64,000 bases of DNA from Dicyema japonicum (taxonomy: Eukaryota; Animalia; Dicyemida). Positions 1 to 13,149 of the stretch are shown here, piece after piece; position 1 is the stretch's first letter; every line of letters starts with the position of its first letter. Both the position numbers and the translations under genes were made by a program. The stretch covers positions 1 to 64,000 of the forward strand of contig RDEW01000099.1 of the NCBI GenBank assembly GCA_011109175.1. Direction: 5' to 3'. The notes under the pieces were generated by a model. It worked only from the letters and a program-made list of their open reading frames with translations, was not told where the DNA came from and made no database searches.

Positions 1-545
1 ATGGCTTCCCAAGAATTTTTCGTGACTACACTCACGTTCTGCTTTTGCGTTCAAATCTCGGCGATGTATGTCATGAACGATGTTTCCAAAGATGCATGTA
101 ATTGCGACAGGGAGGAATGGAAAGTCGTCTAGTTCGTCGCCATTGATTGACACTCTCACCGAAGTTGATGCATATACATTAATAATGGAGATTATGGAAT
201 TGTTCTTTCAGCCCGTATTTTAATTTTAAAACACATATTCTATTCCCTCACTCTCCACGTCTTGTGGATTCAATTGTTCAGTTCTTTTTGTATTGCAAAT
301 CCATGCCATAGTGTGGGCAATTCGAAGGGTGCAGAATCAGGGCGAAAATCATTGTTGATTTCATCTAGTCCGCCTTTTACTTTCGTTTCCTGTAAGCACG
401 CAACGGTTACTTGTACGATCCAAGATCACGCATAAATTTCTTCTTTTAGATCCGACTTTAATCCTCTTACATTGAACGAGCTAATGGTGAAAGATCCCGA
501 AGAAAAGCACGAAAAAGACATGTGTGCAATAGAGCCACGTCACCA
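1..545 (-). mobile_element. RTE-clade non-LTR retrotransposon, decayed APE endonuclease (runs off window)
   Basis: Minus-strand frames read TISSFNVRGL...ACLQETKV...HYGMGFAI, matching the endonuclease of the RTE at 22270-22800; frameshifted. Confidence 0.7.
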
Positions 546-1239
546 GCTCAACCAAAAATTTCTTCATAAAAAAATTACAAAAATAACTGATAAGACAAGA
601 AAGTCGTCACACAAAGTTTAAATTTAAATTATTTTTAAATTAATTTTATTTTAACTAAATTTTATTTATTTAAATTTAAAGTAAGTCTATTCTTAAGTCA
701 TGTTACCGTCCGTCATGTGGTTCGCCTTGTCAGGTGGCGTCAGATACAAGCCAAAAGTGTATCCAAAATGAACCATTTGTAAACGACCATACAGAGGAGT
801 TCCTCCTTTTTGGTTCATAAAATTAAATTCATTAAAATTCTATTAATCGGAACGGAAAGGCAAATAAACTATAATCTACTGTCCACGACATTCACGATAA
901 TTTAGTCTAGCGATTGCGGACATTCAGGATGACAAACTCTTTCTCCAATGGTTAAAATCTGGTTGTTTTTTTATTGAATTTCAGTTATATTGATGGCGAA
1001 AGATTTGAGTTCAGAAGACTGCCACAAAATCATTTAATTGATCGACAAACAGTTCAAAAACTAAAATTCTACCCTTGAAATACTCAACCCTGGTTTTGAG
1101 GTTACTCTCAGAGTAATTGTTAGTTCCTGACGGATTCATCCTACGATTGGAGGTCGGAAGATAAGGTAAGGGATTGTACTAAAGAGTTCCTTTTCCAACT
1201 TTGTTTTCATGTTTTAATATTTCAGGACTTTATTTTTAA

Positions 1240-1400
1240 TAGTATAACTTTCGAAAGCTCAAAAATATGTAGATTTTGTCTTTATTTTGCAGAAAATTTG
1301 ATCAGCCAGTGGACAAAGTCTTGAGGTTTCTGTTGCATTTTACGTGTAGATCTTTCCAGCCGTTAATTGACGGAAAATTGTAAATTGGTTTACCTTCGTC
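1240..1400 (+). other. Candidate exons of an unidentified micro-intron gene
   Basis: Two 24-nt GT..YAG segments (1269-1292, 1326-1349) join YNFRKLKNIKFDQPVDKVLRSFQPLIDGK in frame; no homology recognised and the ends are unresolved. Confidence 0.25.
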
Positions 1401-2959
1401 TCCCTGATTCCGCTTCGAGTTATATTTGCCTGTTTGAACGAATCTTTCAACGCTCGGTCACTCACTGAGCTTCCTGAGATCTCTAGTCTCACGGTCCTCC
1501 ACTTAATTGGAAGGATCCAAATATTTACTTGTGACCTCAAATTCTACTCGACTTTTCTCACTATGGTAGATTTGGAAAATTATTTTACATCCGGAGTTTT
1601 CGAGGTTGTAAATAGCACTTCTTATTGTGTCAGTAATACCCAATGGACAGATTGTTTATAGGATCTAAGAAAAGAGATGGATTGATGGTTCTGATTTATT
1701 ATAAAAATTAGATCACTTCGTCAATCATGTGGTTGGTCTCACCATTGATGTGCATGATTCTTAGTTTGTTTGAATTTTAATGGTTTTATAATTTTTACGA
1801 TGTCGAATTTTTTTTATGTTTATTTTACTGTTTCCTAATGGTGTGAACACTATAATTTGATTCACTATGGCTTTTTGGCCTAAGATTTATTTTTTGTTGT
1901 GGATTAGCGTGCCTTCATGTAGTCAGGTTTTAGTGACCATTCTATGTCATTATTGCATAAAATATAACATTTCACCTTTGCCGCTTCATTAGAGCACAAC
2001 GATTAAGTTCCAAAAAATGTTACCTAATTGACTTTTATGAGGTTCCCGGTGGACTTGCAATTATATTCGACTGAAATCTGATTTTCTTATAAAAATTGGA
2101 TTTTAAAAATTAATTTGTACTCTGAAGGTTCTGATCAGGAAAGTTGGTTACTTGCCAATTTATTCGACCGATTTTATCGAAGAATTCATAATAGAAGATC
2201 AAAATATTCTGGGCTTCATAAGGAATCCATTCACGCAGAAGATTGAATATTTTTATGTTATCCTGCGAGAGACAAGACATTTGCATTTATGGTTAACATG
2301 ATTAGACCTATTTTTTCTTGTATAAAATTCGTGACTCGTTGCTTACTTGATGTGTTGGAAAAGAGTCGCAAACTTAAAATTCCGCAATCATGGAAGTGTG
2401 GATGGTGTCGTGCTCCTTTCCTGGTGACACGTAAGGAAAATTCTGGACCAGATCTTATCATAATACAAGTTAACATTATTGGTATCCGGGTGACAATCAA
2501 CGAACTACAACGTTTTCTTTTCAGACATTAAGTGAATAAATAGCTCTCTTTGAAGAGACAAATCTTAATCCACGACGGACAAGCTATATGATTCCTATGC
2601 GATTATTAATCATGGATAGAGACAAGTCTGGGACCAAGGAGAGGGATTCCCGACTATCGATTAAAATGTAGATTAATGCCTTGTTTAATGAAAATAATTT
2701 TAGACACTATTGGAGATCTGTAAATTCAACGAAATTAACAGCAGATTTCCTAAAAGCCTAAGAATACTGAAGATAATATTAGAAGAGGTCGAAGTCCAGT
2801 GAAAAGATGTTAACATACTCTGAATCTTTGTGTTATCAATACTAACCCATACTAACCCAATTAAAGTATTATTGAGATAACGACAGTAGTCAATCATTAA
2901 TGACACTTCGTCAATCAAAAACGACAATAGTCAATCAATACGATACTATTATTTAATTA

Positions 2960-3700
2960 AGCACTTCACGAGAGCCATACTAATTATAGCCCCGCATGTG
3001 CAGCAAAAGAAACAAGGTTAGATGTCGTCCTTTTCCATGCTCCCCTGTTCCTAGCCAAGGCTCTCATGTTGTCCATGTCGTCGGCATTTATTAGACTTTT
3101 TTTAATTCAATACGATACTGGACAGAATATTCCCACTTTCATTACAGTGAACAATTATAACTACATAATTCTATCATAAAGTCATTAAAACCATTCCGTA
3201 ACGACTAGCCACACTCCCTTAACGTGTCGTTTGAGCAGAGAAATTGCAGGTTTGAGCGCCCATTATTTTGTAGAGTAACATATTTTATTAATATTTTGAC
3301 TTCACACTCTTTGCTTTAAGTAATAGGTGGTTTATGTATCTAACTATTGTTTTACCTATATATTTTACATTACGGCATCATGAAACCTCTGCACAGAACT
3401 ACATATACCTGTCGGATCTTTGGGAGAGTCCGCTCATGGCTTTGACGTTTTTGTTAGCCGTCTACTTGTCAGATGATGTCCTTTACTGAAATTGAAAATT
3501 CAAAAATAAGAACAAGTTGTCTAGATGCTTCTGCAATGTTTCCATTGCACTCTATGTGATAAAAGTGGAAGAGGGCGAACCTACTTATTCACCTCTCTTG
3601 GTATCCGTAGCTTATAATAGATTTTTTGAGTTGTATTAGGTCGGCACAAGCTGATGTTCTCCCTTGGGGTTCTTTCCTTTATAAAAATAAATAAAATTAA
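2960..3700 (-). mobile_element. RTE 3' remnant
   Basis: Minus strand reads ...ADDMDNMRALARNRGAWKR, homologous to the RTE C-termini at 4854 and 6996, followed by the shared 3' UTR and an AT-rich tail. Confidence 0.6.
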
Positions 3701-3849
3701 ATTATCTCAAAGATCAAAGGTAAAACCAAACTAATTATGTTTTATCCTGACGCGCGCAATCTACCAGAACCTTTACCAAAGAAAGGTAATCCAGTAAACG
3801 TTATCTAGACGTTGAGATATTTACAAAACTCTCTTCAGTGATTTTTTAA

Positions 3850-4450
3850 AGAGCTTTTCAGTTTTGTAAGTTTGGCTTTAATATGGGTGATCCAATTGCT
3901 TTTCTTTCGGGTACGTTGTGAGATAATCATATACACCCGCTGTCAAGAATAAAAATATTAGTGATATTGTTAAATTTGTTGGGGAGATTACATTATTGAT
4001 TCCGACCTTAGAACCTTCTTTCTTGAAGTTGTACAGTACTTAGGTTTCAGACAATGCGAGGGATTAACCTCACGTGACGAATTTGGAAATATATCTTACT
4101 AATAACATCTTTGTATATGATATTTCCGATTTTGTACGTATTTCCAAGTTTCCCGATTCATTCGAAAAATAGGACACTTTGGTTTAGATTTCACGAAACT
4201 CTTTAGGTTTGTTACGGACTTCAACGTATGAAATTTATTATTGAAGACTTTCGTTATTAGAGGCCTTTTCCTACTGGTAGTCTTTCGAATCTAGCATGAA
4301 ATAGTAGGGAAACTTCCGATACCCACTCAGTGAAGATCATTCCTTGGTTCTACGATTAGTTAAAATTAACTGTTCTTTACTTAAATAAAGTGTGTGTCCT
4401 GCCTATGCGGAGCTAATACCACGGCTCCGTGAAAAAGGATATTACTATTA
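3850..4450 (+). mobile_element. I/Jockey-like non-LTR retrotransposon 3' end
   Basis: Decayed post-RT motif (LEVVQ..G); last ~90 bp are near-identical to the reverse complement of 63910-64000; ends in a TATTAC/TATTAT tail. Confidence 0.5.
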
Positions 4451-4829
4451 TTATATTTGATCTTGTGGGCTAATAAGTAATGTAATGAAAATCTTATAAC
4501 GATTCCTCAGCCAACAAGTTAATCAAATGTTAAGTAAGCCGTTTTAATGATTGTTTAGTATACAGGTTTTCCATTTCTTCTTCATCAGATCAACAATTTT
4601 AAACGACTTGATCGATGTCATAAATTTGAGTACTTCAAAGAAAGATTAAAATTGAACTCAACTGTAGTTGATATTTACATTGAATATGCGATTTATATAG
4701 AAATGACAAATAAATCTGCAGTAAATAGTTAGAGTTATAAAAATAAAATTTACATGCATTTTCCGAAATCTGCTATCAAGTCGGATTTTGCCAATTTTTT
4801 ATTGTTTTTGCGTAGGGAATTATATTATT

Positions 4830-5140
4830 ATAGGCACGTACGCAATGCCAAGATCATGACAAAGCATGTGCAACACGAAAAGTTAACAATCTAATTAACG
4901 TCGCCCATCTTTTTCGATCCGTTGCCATGTTCCGTAGCATATCTAGATCGTCCCCATCTTTAAGGCACTTTCCAATCTTCCTGAGATCTTCATCTAGAAT
5001 AACCGGCAGTGTTGTCCTCGGCCGGCCGGAACGAGAAGCTTCTAAGACAAAATACTCCTCCATTGCTATGTTGGCAGGGGTCCCCATATCGTGGCGGAGT
5101 ATGTGTCCAAAGAGCCTCCATCTTGAAAAGGAATTATAGA
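4830..5140 (-). mobile_element. RTE 3' end
   Basis: ORF 4854-5087: GRPRTTLP..LDEDL...LKDGDDLDMLR..A.DRKRW is the RTE C-terminus; TAA-type tail follows. Confidence 0.75.
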
Positions 5141-5249
5141 AAGATTTAATAAAACTCTGACGAAAAATCTGTCTAATTGATGACAGAAAATGCTACTAAA
5201 ATTGAAAACAATTTTTAAGTAAGATAACTTTTACTTACAACGCAACACC

Positions 5250-6950
5250 GAATGCTTCAACCAATGAAACGCCATTCAAAATATGAGAGCACTTCAGGAA
5301 TAAATACATTCCAACAATTACAAAGTTGTTATTTTGGGTAAATAATTTCGGTAGTAAATTCCCGAAAATGACACACTTGTGAATACATTCTTCTGAAAGT
5401 CCACAATTGTAGATTCTGTTTTGGAATATTCCAATTGAATGAACAGCTGCACATTATCAAAACTCCGACTCCACTTGATCGGGGCTATTTTAGGAGCATC
5501 TTAGTCATAATTTCGAAAACATCAAGGATTTTTGGTATTCTTTTGTTATAATTGACAAAATTAAAAATTTTGTAAGATTTTAGAATATCGACTGTATTTC
5601 AAATAATTATATAAATTCAAATAAATTGAAGACCGTTTAACGAATTAATATTAGTTAGTACAAAACTTAATGGAATGCTTTCCTGTATTTCAGTATGTGA
5701 TTTCGGTTTGAGATAAATAGCGACAATGACACACGTGGATATTAGTCCAATAACTCCGAACACGATTCCAATTATTTGATTTTTCGTCAGTTTTTTATGG
5801 CTTTTATTTCAGTCGATATTTGTTCATCAAAGCATCCTTCATCTAAAATTCAACCAAATTCAGTAACCGTCTCCAATAAATTGAAAACTCAAATCATTGC
5901 GGAAAAATTGTATTTTAAGAGATGAAATTTCGATAGTCACATTTTTATAGCTTTGAGATGAATCCACATTGATAATATCCTCCCAATTTAATTATTTTAA
6001 AATTCTTTTCCAGTGAAACGCATTTATTTCTGTTAATACCAACACAAACAGAAAATCTATAAATACGATATTTATTCCAGAATGTTTAAATGCCGCAATA
6101 GTTATAGTAGTATGACTACTATTCAATGTATATTCATAGTTAATATATTTATAGTCATCTTTACTTTTTATCATATTATACTCATAATCACTAAATGCTC
6201 ATCTGTTTTCTAAGAATTTATGCAAACGTGTACTATTTTGTTATTGTCAATATATGATATTTTGATAATTCCGCTTATTACTGCTCGATTTTTTTTGGAT
6301 ATAAAAACCAAATCGGCGTATTGGGTCGTTTTTGGGTTACAGTCATTAGCTAAATAAATTTTATTAAAACCTTTTCCAGTAAAATAGTACAATACCATTA
6401 TCGTGATATTGCAACTTGTTTGAATAAATTGTAAGAGATAAATTCTTTGAAAAACTTATATGAGTATAACCACATCGGTAGTAATCCCCATAATTAGTTT
6501 GTGGTATCTTTGTGATATTAGTATAACGTTTACCATCTTAAGTACATCAAAAAAACGTACCATAAACAACTTCTATAATTAAGTCAATTGTATAAAACTC
6601 ATTGTAGAAGTATGGAATAAGTTTAATGTTATGTTTGCGAAAGATAACAAATCGATACCATTAGTTTTCCATACATCTATATGTTCATTGGATTGTAAAT
6701 CTGATAATCTATATTCCTAAAGTAAATGAAATATTTACTCTAGAAGGATTCTCATAAATTAAATATGAATCAATTAATATATATCTCTCATCACATTTTA
6801 TTTTGACTATTTTGCTAAACAGTATAATTATGATATAATAAATAGTTCTGTTCATGTAATCTAAATTTTATTAGGTCAAATTTTGTTTTATTTAAATTTG
6901 TATTTTAATTGTTAGATTTAATTATAATTTATATTTCTATGATAAAAGAT
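5250..6950 (-). pseudogene. Decayed surface-protein locus: type I membrane protein (5620-6950) plus LRR-like remnant (5250-5600)
   Basis: TM segment IIGIVFGVIGLISTCVIVAIYLKPK (~5700-5780); AVISGIIKISYIDNN (6210 ORF) resembles SIISGRITVTYLHHD (17072 ORF); LRR-like TIVDFQKNVFTSV and LPKITTL; multiple stops. Confidence 0.4.
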
Positions 6951-6984
6951 ATTTCATTACATTTTTATTAAATATCTTTAATTA

Positions 6985-7240
6985 TAGACCATTTCATGTT
7001 CGAGGGCAAATGCTTCCGTGGCAGACCAAGGATGACCCTGCCTATCATGCTGCACAAAGACCTCCAAAGGATGAAGAAATGCCTAAAGACGGGAGACGAT
7101 CTGGACATGCTGAGATCGACTGCGTGTAACCGTGGAGGATGGAAGAGGCTAACTAATAACATTGTTTCTTGTATTGCACATGCTTTGCTATAACTATTAT
7201 GGCAAGGCGATAAGTGCTGTAATAATAATAATATAGAAAA
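6985..7240 (+). mobile_element. RTE 3' end
   Basis: ORF 6996-7193 GRPRMTLP...LKTGDDLDMLRSTACNRGGWKR; (TAA)n tail at ~7220-7232. Confidence 0.75.
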
Positions 7241-7269
7241 TATAGTGAGTAATCCAACTAAGTGAGCGT

Positions 7270-8375
7270 ATCCTAATGCGAATGCACGACACCCTGATAG
7301 CTGGGTCAAGTGTGTCTCCTAGGAAGCACGCCATAATAACGACCGAGAAAACACAGGAAACCCACCTAGGCACTATCAGACTTTTTTTGTCTGCTAAGTA
7401 TGGTGTTTATGATGGTGGGCTAGTAAATATGAAGGCGTTGATCGAATTACAATGTAATAATTTGATGGAAAAGATCAACTTAAAAACCCTTCATATGGTC
7501 CTTTTCAGAGCATTGGACAATCCACATGTCGACCTTAAGTAGGTCGACAATATGCTAAACGGTGACAACTTACCTCGATCGGAGGCGCTGTACACGTATT
7601 TGCAAGACCGCAATATTTTTTGGGGTCAATCAACAACTACATGTCCCCACTGTAAGTCAAGGAGTATGTCGGTTGATAATTTAGCCATTCGATGTAGATC
7701 CATGCTCTGCCACGACGATGTGTGGAGGCATAACGAGGTAGTAAGGAGTCTTCATCTTCTACTATGCAATAAGTATGGTATTAGCCACACCAGAAAGTTG
7801 CGGACTCATAAGGTGCAATCTCTAGTAGAGAACACCTGGGTCCAAATTAAAGTAGACAGTGTTATCCGTACCTCGGTGATAGTCACCACAATAAACCGGA
7901 CATTGTGGTACGCGATAAGGAGTCTGGCCAAGTCCTTATCATAGAGGTAGACATCACGTCTCAAGACCGTTTTAGACTGTGGAGGTGGAGAAAAAAAGGA
8001 AGTATGACTTTCTTGCAAACAAGATGGGGCAGATTCTTGGTTGCAAGGTCCTCGTTATTCCTATAGTAATGACGTGGGAAGGAATTGCAACAAAGTACCA
8101 CAAGAGTTATCTGAAAGTTGGGGGTAGATAAGAAGATCCAGGCCTATCTACTGTCCACTGTGTTATTGCGGACCCTAAAAAACCTGACACTGGAGATTAG
8201 GAGGCAGAGCCCTGAGATGCCATATGGGCAGAGGGTTCAATTCGACAAGGCGCTTTCGGAGTTGTTTCAGCAACCAGAATTGAACCTGCCTGAAGAGGCT
8301 GGAGAACAGGAAGGCGAGGAAGGTTGTTGATCATTAAATATATTAACTTTTTTTATTGTTTGTTAAATAAAGTGG
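7270..8375 (+). mobile_element. R4/Dong-like (RLE) non-LTR retrotransposon 3' portion
   Basis: Zinc-knuckle region CPHCK...C..RHNEVVR, then frameshifted HNKPDIVV..IIEVDIT..KRKYD..L (PD-(D/E)xK restriction-like endonuclease) and IPIVMTWEG; 3' end matches 14305-14410. Confidence 0.85.
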
Positions 8376-9559
8376 GAAAATATAGTTAACATTATCAATT
8401 TCTCTCCCTAACTATTCCTTCATTACTCAACAACGTGAGAATCTTGAACAATAATTCTAGCTCTTATCACTATGCCGCGCCGAATCCAATCGTTTCTACA
8501 AATCAGCTATAAAAATCGGCAAAATACGTAAATTTGAAAAAAAACCCACGTCTCTCCAAATTCTTATTAAAGCTTAACAATTGGATTCAGAAAACCAGTT
8601 GTACTATGAAGGAACACAGCAAAAATTTTTCATTCATGTCGAGGTTTTTTAATTAATGGTTTAACTCCTTCTTTCTTGATGTTTCCTTTTTCGATGTTAG
8701 ATAATAATAAGTGGTTAGTTCGTTCACTCACGATTGGCTGTGAGTTAGATTTTTACACTTCTACCTACATTAACAAAGATTATTTTCTTTTTTGCTTTCT
8801 CTATTTCTTAAGCATCGATAGGGATCCACAAAATCGAGAAACGCTTTTCATCTTTACTCCGTGTTTGATTGGCTATTCATCTTCTATCCGTGATTGCAAA
8901 AACCAGAGAATCCAAAAGCTCATAAATAGTGACAACAAAAAATGGACGCTGCTCCTCAAACCACTAAAAAATCTAAGTCGAACTGAGTCGACTCCTGCAT
9001 TGTCTTCATCAAACTTTTTGATTTGTTTGCGATTAGGAAAAATAATCTGATTTCTAATTTTATTCAAAACCAAAATCACCGGATTAGATTCTGAGTTAAA
9101 TTTATCATTTCTGAACTTTATGTTTAGTGAACTAATTTCGTTAATGATCTTAATTCAATTGACTAATTTAGTTTTTTTTTATTATTTAAAAATTTATTTT
9201 AAAGAAACTTCATCCGAGGTCCTACAATAGCCACCTACCATTTGGCTTTTCTCTGTCAAGATGGCTAGTGAGATTCGCTTAAATAGCTAGAGTGCTCACT
9301 TAGATTTGGGTATTTTAAGATCCGATTCCCTAGAGCAGACCCAACACTTTGGTTGCCTAGGATATGTGGCGTTAGACAATTTTGAAGGCCCTTATGAGAC
9401 TAGACACCATATCGAGAATGTGGTGCTAAAAAATCAGTTAACTATTTGTACGTTCATACACGGGAACAAAGGAAGTAAAGCGTCATAGATGAAGTCCTTT
9501 TTAGAATGCATCGGAATCACGTGATAATTAATTTGGTTTTTAACGTGTCTTGGGCTGTT

Positions 9560-10440
9560 ATAAACAAATAAAATATGAGCAATCGATTTCTCAAAAAACT
9601 TTCTACATTTATGGCAGACAGATACCCCCCCCCCCCTTACACGAATGCAGAAATAAAAACTCTATTAGTTGCAGTATCAGATGACAACCTTGGAGATTTG
9701 GTATTTGGATGTAGATAGCGAAAAGTACGTGTAAAATTAGTCAGATTGTAGTAGAATTCTAGACCATGAGAAGAAGAGATTCTGAAGTTTTACTTAAAAA
9801 CTCGTTTAAATGAATTTGACTCAGTTCGACATGTGCACACTGAAATCAATTGATTGTAGATGATTACTATTTCGACCGTAAACATGTGAAGACTGTTGGA
9901 TGGGATTCGAATCATCCATGAATGGGAGTAGATGACGAATGAGGAGTAAACTTCCTTTATCACGTGGATGAAAAAGCTGTAGCTGTCATGACTACCAATA
10001 TTTTCGAACACCATCCAGCGGTTTTTTTGTTTCGGATTTGAAAGCTATTAGACATTTTTTGAAGACCAGCTATGAATAGAAGTGCACTACTGAAGCAACA
10101 GCTCACTCAAGGAGTGTTGGGGATAAATCGAAGTAATTGCTTGAAGATTGACTCCAAGACAACCCAAAATGATGTGGACGCATAGATTGAGGGACATGGA
10201 TCAGACATTGTCGGTGATATTGTTGAATCATTAGATCACTGGGTTAAAGGAAAGGAAGAAAGTTTCCAACTTATCCCAGACCGAAAATGAAGTCATCAAG
10301 TCCAACTGGGAAGGTCGTCCATTGTAGCCCGCCTCGTTTGATACGGTTTTCGCTCATAGTTGTATGATAATGTTGTGGTCAATGCTCGAGTTGTGATAAC
10401 CCAAAATGATGGTTTCGCTGATTAATGAATTATTGGATAG
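9560..10440 (-). pseudogene. Decayed leucine-rich-repeat protein gene
   Basis: MSENRIK, KLETFFLSFNPV and YNQLISVCTC (LRR and LRRCT-like motifs) spread across frames with stops. Confidence 0.45.
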
Positions 10441-10651
10441 GTTATTAGAGAATTATTAAATTTTGTAATATTTTGTGTCACTGTCACATCAATGCAGTCG
10501 GCATATAAGTGGACAGCATCAAAATGTTATTTATATTAATGACGTCCATATAAAATGTATCTTATTTTTTTCAAGTCCCATTTTTAACCTATTTTTAATG
10601 GTTTAATGACTTCTGGAAAACTAAGATAGACAACAAAACAACCTAACGTCA

Positions 10652-10700
10652 TAAGTGTATCCAGTTAACACTACAGAAAGAATCCATCCGGAATCAGCAT
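10652..10700 (-). repeat. 3' fragment of the short interspersed repeat at 15036 and 58555
   Basis: taagtgtatccagtt...ccggaatcagcat is the reverse complement of 58680-58732 with small deletions. Confidence 0.7.
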
Positions 10701-10809
10701 TGTTTATTATATTTAGAAGTTTTCCATTTTAAAATATTCATTTTTAATTCTAAAAGCTATTCCTTGCCCAAACCTAGTGACTTTTTGAACGACGATTCTT
10801 TTTAAAGAT

Positions 10810-11035
10810 GGAATCGGACAAAGGCTAAGAATATACGTTTGCCAGGATCACCGATGCCGATGCGGGAGAATAGTAGATGCGAAGGGATTGCACCCGCTGT
10901 CATGCAGAAGAAACGCCGGAAGAGGACCACGTCACGCTGCTCTGAACGATGTGATCGTCAGAGCTCTTAAGGCTACAGGCTTCCCATCTCAGCTTGAACC
11001 AATGGGTCTCGATACAAGTAATGGAAATTAAAAGG
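10810..11035 (+). mobile_element. CRE-clade non-LTR retrotransposon fragment (Zn motif upstream of RLE)
   Basis: IGQRLRIYVCQDHRCRCGRIVDAKGLHPLSCRRNAGRGPRHAALNDVIVRALKATGFPSQLEPMGL matches the CRE-type C-x-C...H..SC..AGR..RH..LND..RAL..LEP.GL pattern. Confidence 0.8.
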
Positions 11036-12707
11036 ATACGGCTGTAGTTTTTTTTTCAATTTTTAAAAGCCAAGAATCTTACTTGTGTAAATTTATCTGG
11101 ATATTTTATAAAGGAATAGTAGTGAAAAAGTTAACAGAGATTTGAATGTAATAATTCTAGACGAATCTGAAAAAAGGAATTTAAAAAAATTCATCATAAG
11201 AAAATTTTACATTTCAGTAAAAATATAAGCGATTCTGTATATTTTATAAAAGAATATAGAATGATCGTCAATCAATTATAAATAAACTTGTCTTGTCTTT
11301 GCAACATTTTGATAATAAAAAAAATATTTATCTATGTTATTCGAAGGATAAATTATGTTGATTTTAAAATTAAAAATAAATAATTAAAACAATTCATTAA
11401 ATTATTATATAATTTAAATTTAGTTTATCTGTCGATACCGGTATTATGATGTATATTTCAGTGAAACTCTATACAAAATGGTCAGAAACCGTAACGAATT
11501 CAAATTGTACATTTAGCATAATATATCTCATACATAGCATTATTTTTGAAATCACTGCTCAATCTGGTGTCGTGCAAATTGCAATTTCAATCTTCTCTCA
11601 GTGATACAGTCAAGTATGTTGACATACGCATGTGGGCCATTGATGTGGTTATGGCTGCTCAAAGAAGATTCAACAAAATTCCTCATGGAGAATGGCCGAT
11701 GATTGCACGTGCCTTTAAGAAAAATATCCTTAAGTCCCATTAGTGGTGGAATTGAAGACACTCAAAAGTCTAATGATTGACTAATATCCTCAATAGAGAA
11801 GAGCAATTGCAAATATGGAATAAAGACAAAACCGAAGCTGAATCTCCAACAGACTTCCACACTTGAAGCATTGAAGGAGAATATCAGATTTGATGTGGAA
11901 ATGATGAGTCAATTAGATACCGTAAGACTTAAAAGGGTTAATGTTGACGAATTGTTACTGACCGAAATTAATTAATTAACAGAGAAGAAACGAACAGAAT
12001 TCAGGGAACATAATTGGTGTTCGAACTTAACCAGAGACTTTTATAAAAAATATCAATGAGGAGGATGAAAATGAGAATTTTGCTTTAACGATGAACATCG
12101 CCCAATTTATATAAATTGGTTACAAAATGTGTTAACAAAAAATCGACAGATCTGTTGAAGCACACCATTTGATTTTAATTAGTTCCCATAATAGGATCAA
12201 TTCCAAATACAAAGTAACTTCACATCTGTCTTCTTGTTCTCAGATCTAAATAATCTTTGAAGTGACAGGAAACTAGCTTGAGTCCTCCGAAAGGTACATT
12301 CCCCTGAAAAGAATAGGACCAAAACTAATCGAAGGGGTTAACAACTAAATCAATTGCTTCCTATTGGACCTCAACCTTGAACACCGTCACATGAAAAATC
12401 CATGAGGTGAAGAGTAAGCATTGATAAGATTTTATCTTTCAGCAGCTTTACATACGATTAATCTATCACTATCGGCTGAGGTAGATTCATTTCATGGCAT
12501 TCTTCATTGTTAATATTTCTTTGTGATAATTCAATATTTACAATGTTCCTGATTATATTCTTCAGTGGTCATATTTAGACAACATTTTCACCTTCTTGCA
12601 GATCCTTATTGAAATGAATTAATATCATATTGACAATGGATTTTAATATGTTACATTTTTCAAGATCTCTGACTTGACGTTTTCTCGTATAAAAATTCTA
12701 ATTTGGA

Positions 12708-13010
12708 ATGCCCATAGTTGAATTTTTTTATTTTTCGATGTTATTTTCAATCAATTTTATAGCTTTTTTTGCTTTAGATCGTTTATTAAACAAAAACGCA
12801 TATAATAACATTCGAATTTCCGAGGAACCATATCAGTTATCACTCCTCTCAGGCAGAACACACTTTATTTCAAACAATGAACATTTTAATAATTAATCGA
12901 GGGAGGATCAAAAAATGCACTTCACTTCTTTGTTTTCATTTCTTGTGTGTATGTTTTTTTATAGACGATCCGGTTCCGCAGTGAAGTGAAGTTCCATTAC
13001 ACACAAAAGT
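12708..13010 (+). other. Member of unidentified multi-copy gene-like family
   Basis: Hydrophobic N-terminal ORF (12708-12896) and tag|ACGATCCGGTTCCGCAGTG at ~12963, shared with 34617, 53330 and 50335(-). Confidence 0.4.
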
Positions 13011-13149
13011 GATCGCATGCTGCTCCAATTCCTATGGGATGTTGAAAAGAAATCATGCTATTGTCTGAGGAAGGCAGGTTTTCTACGGCCATCAAATCAA
13101 ACAAAACTTATATGGCCACAATCATAGAATTCCTCAACCGAAAATATAA

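Noticed and set aside
8450-9100. ORFs 8676-9050 and 8873-9079, also 11546-11761 and 62227-62427
   Set aside because: No recognisable motif, splice pattern or paralog; cannot be supported from sequence alone.
10878-10900. tRNA T-arm-like gggattgcacccgc
   Set aside because: It lies in frame within CRE coding sequence (KGLHPL), and no cloverleaf forms.
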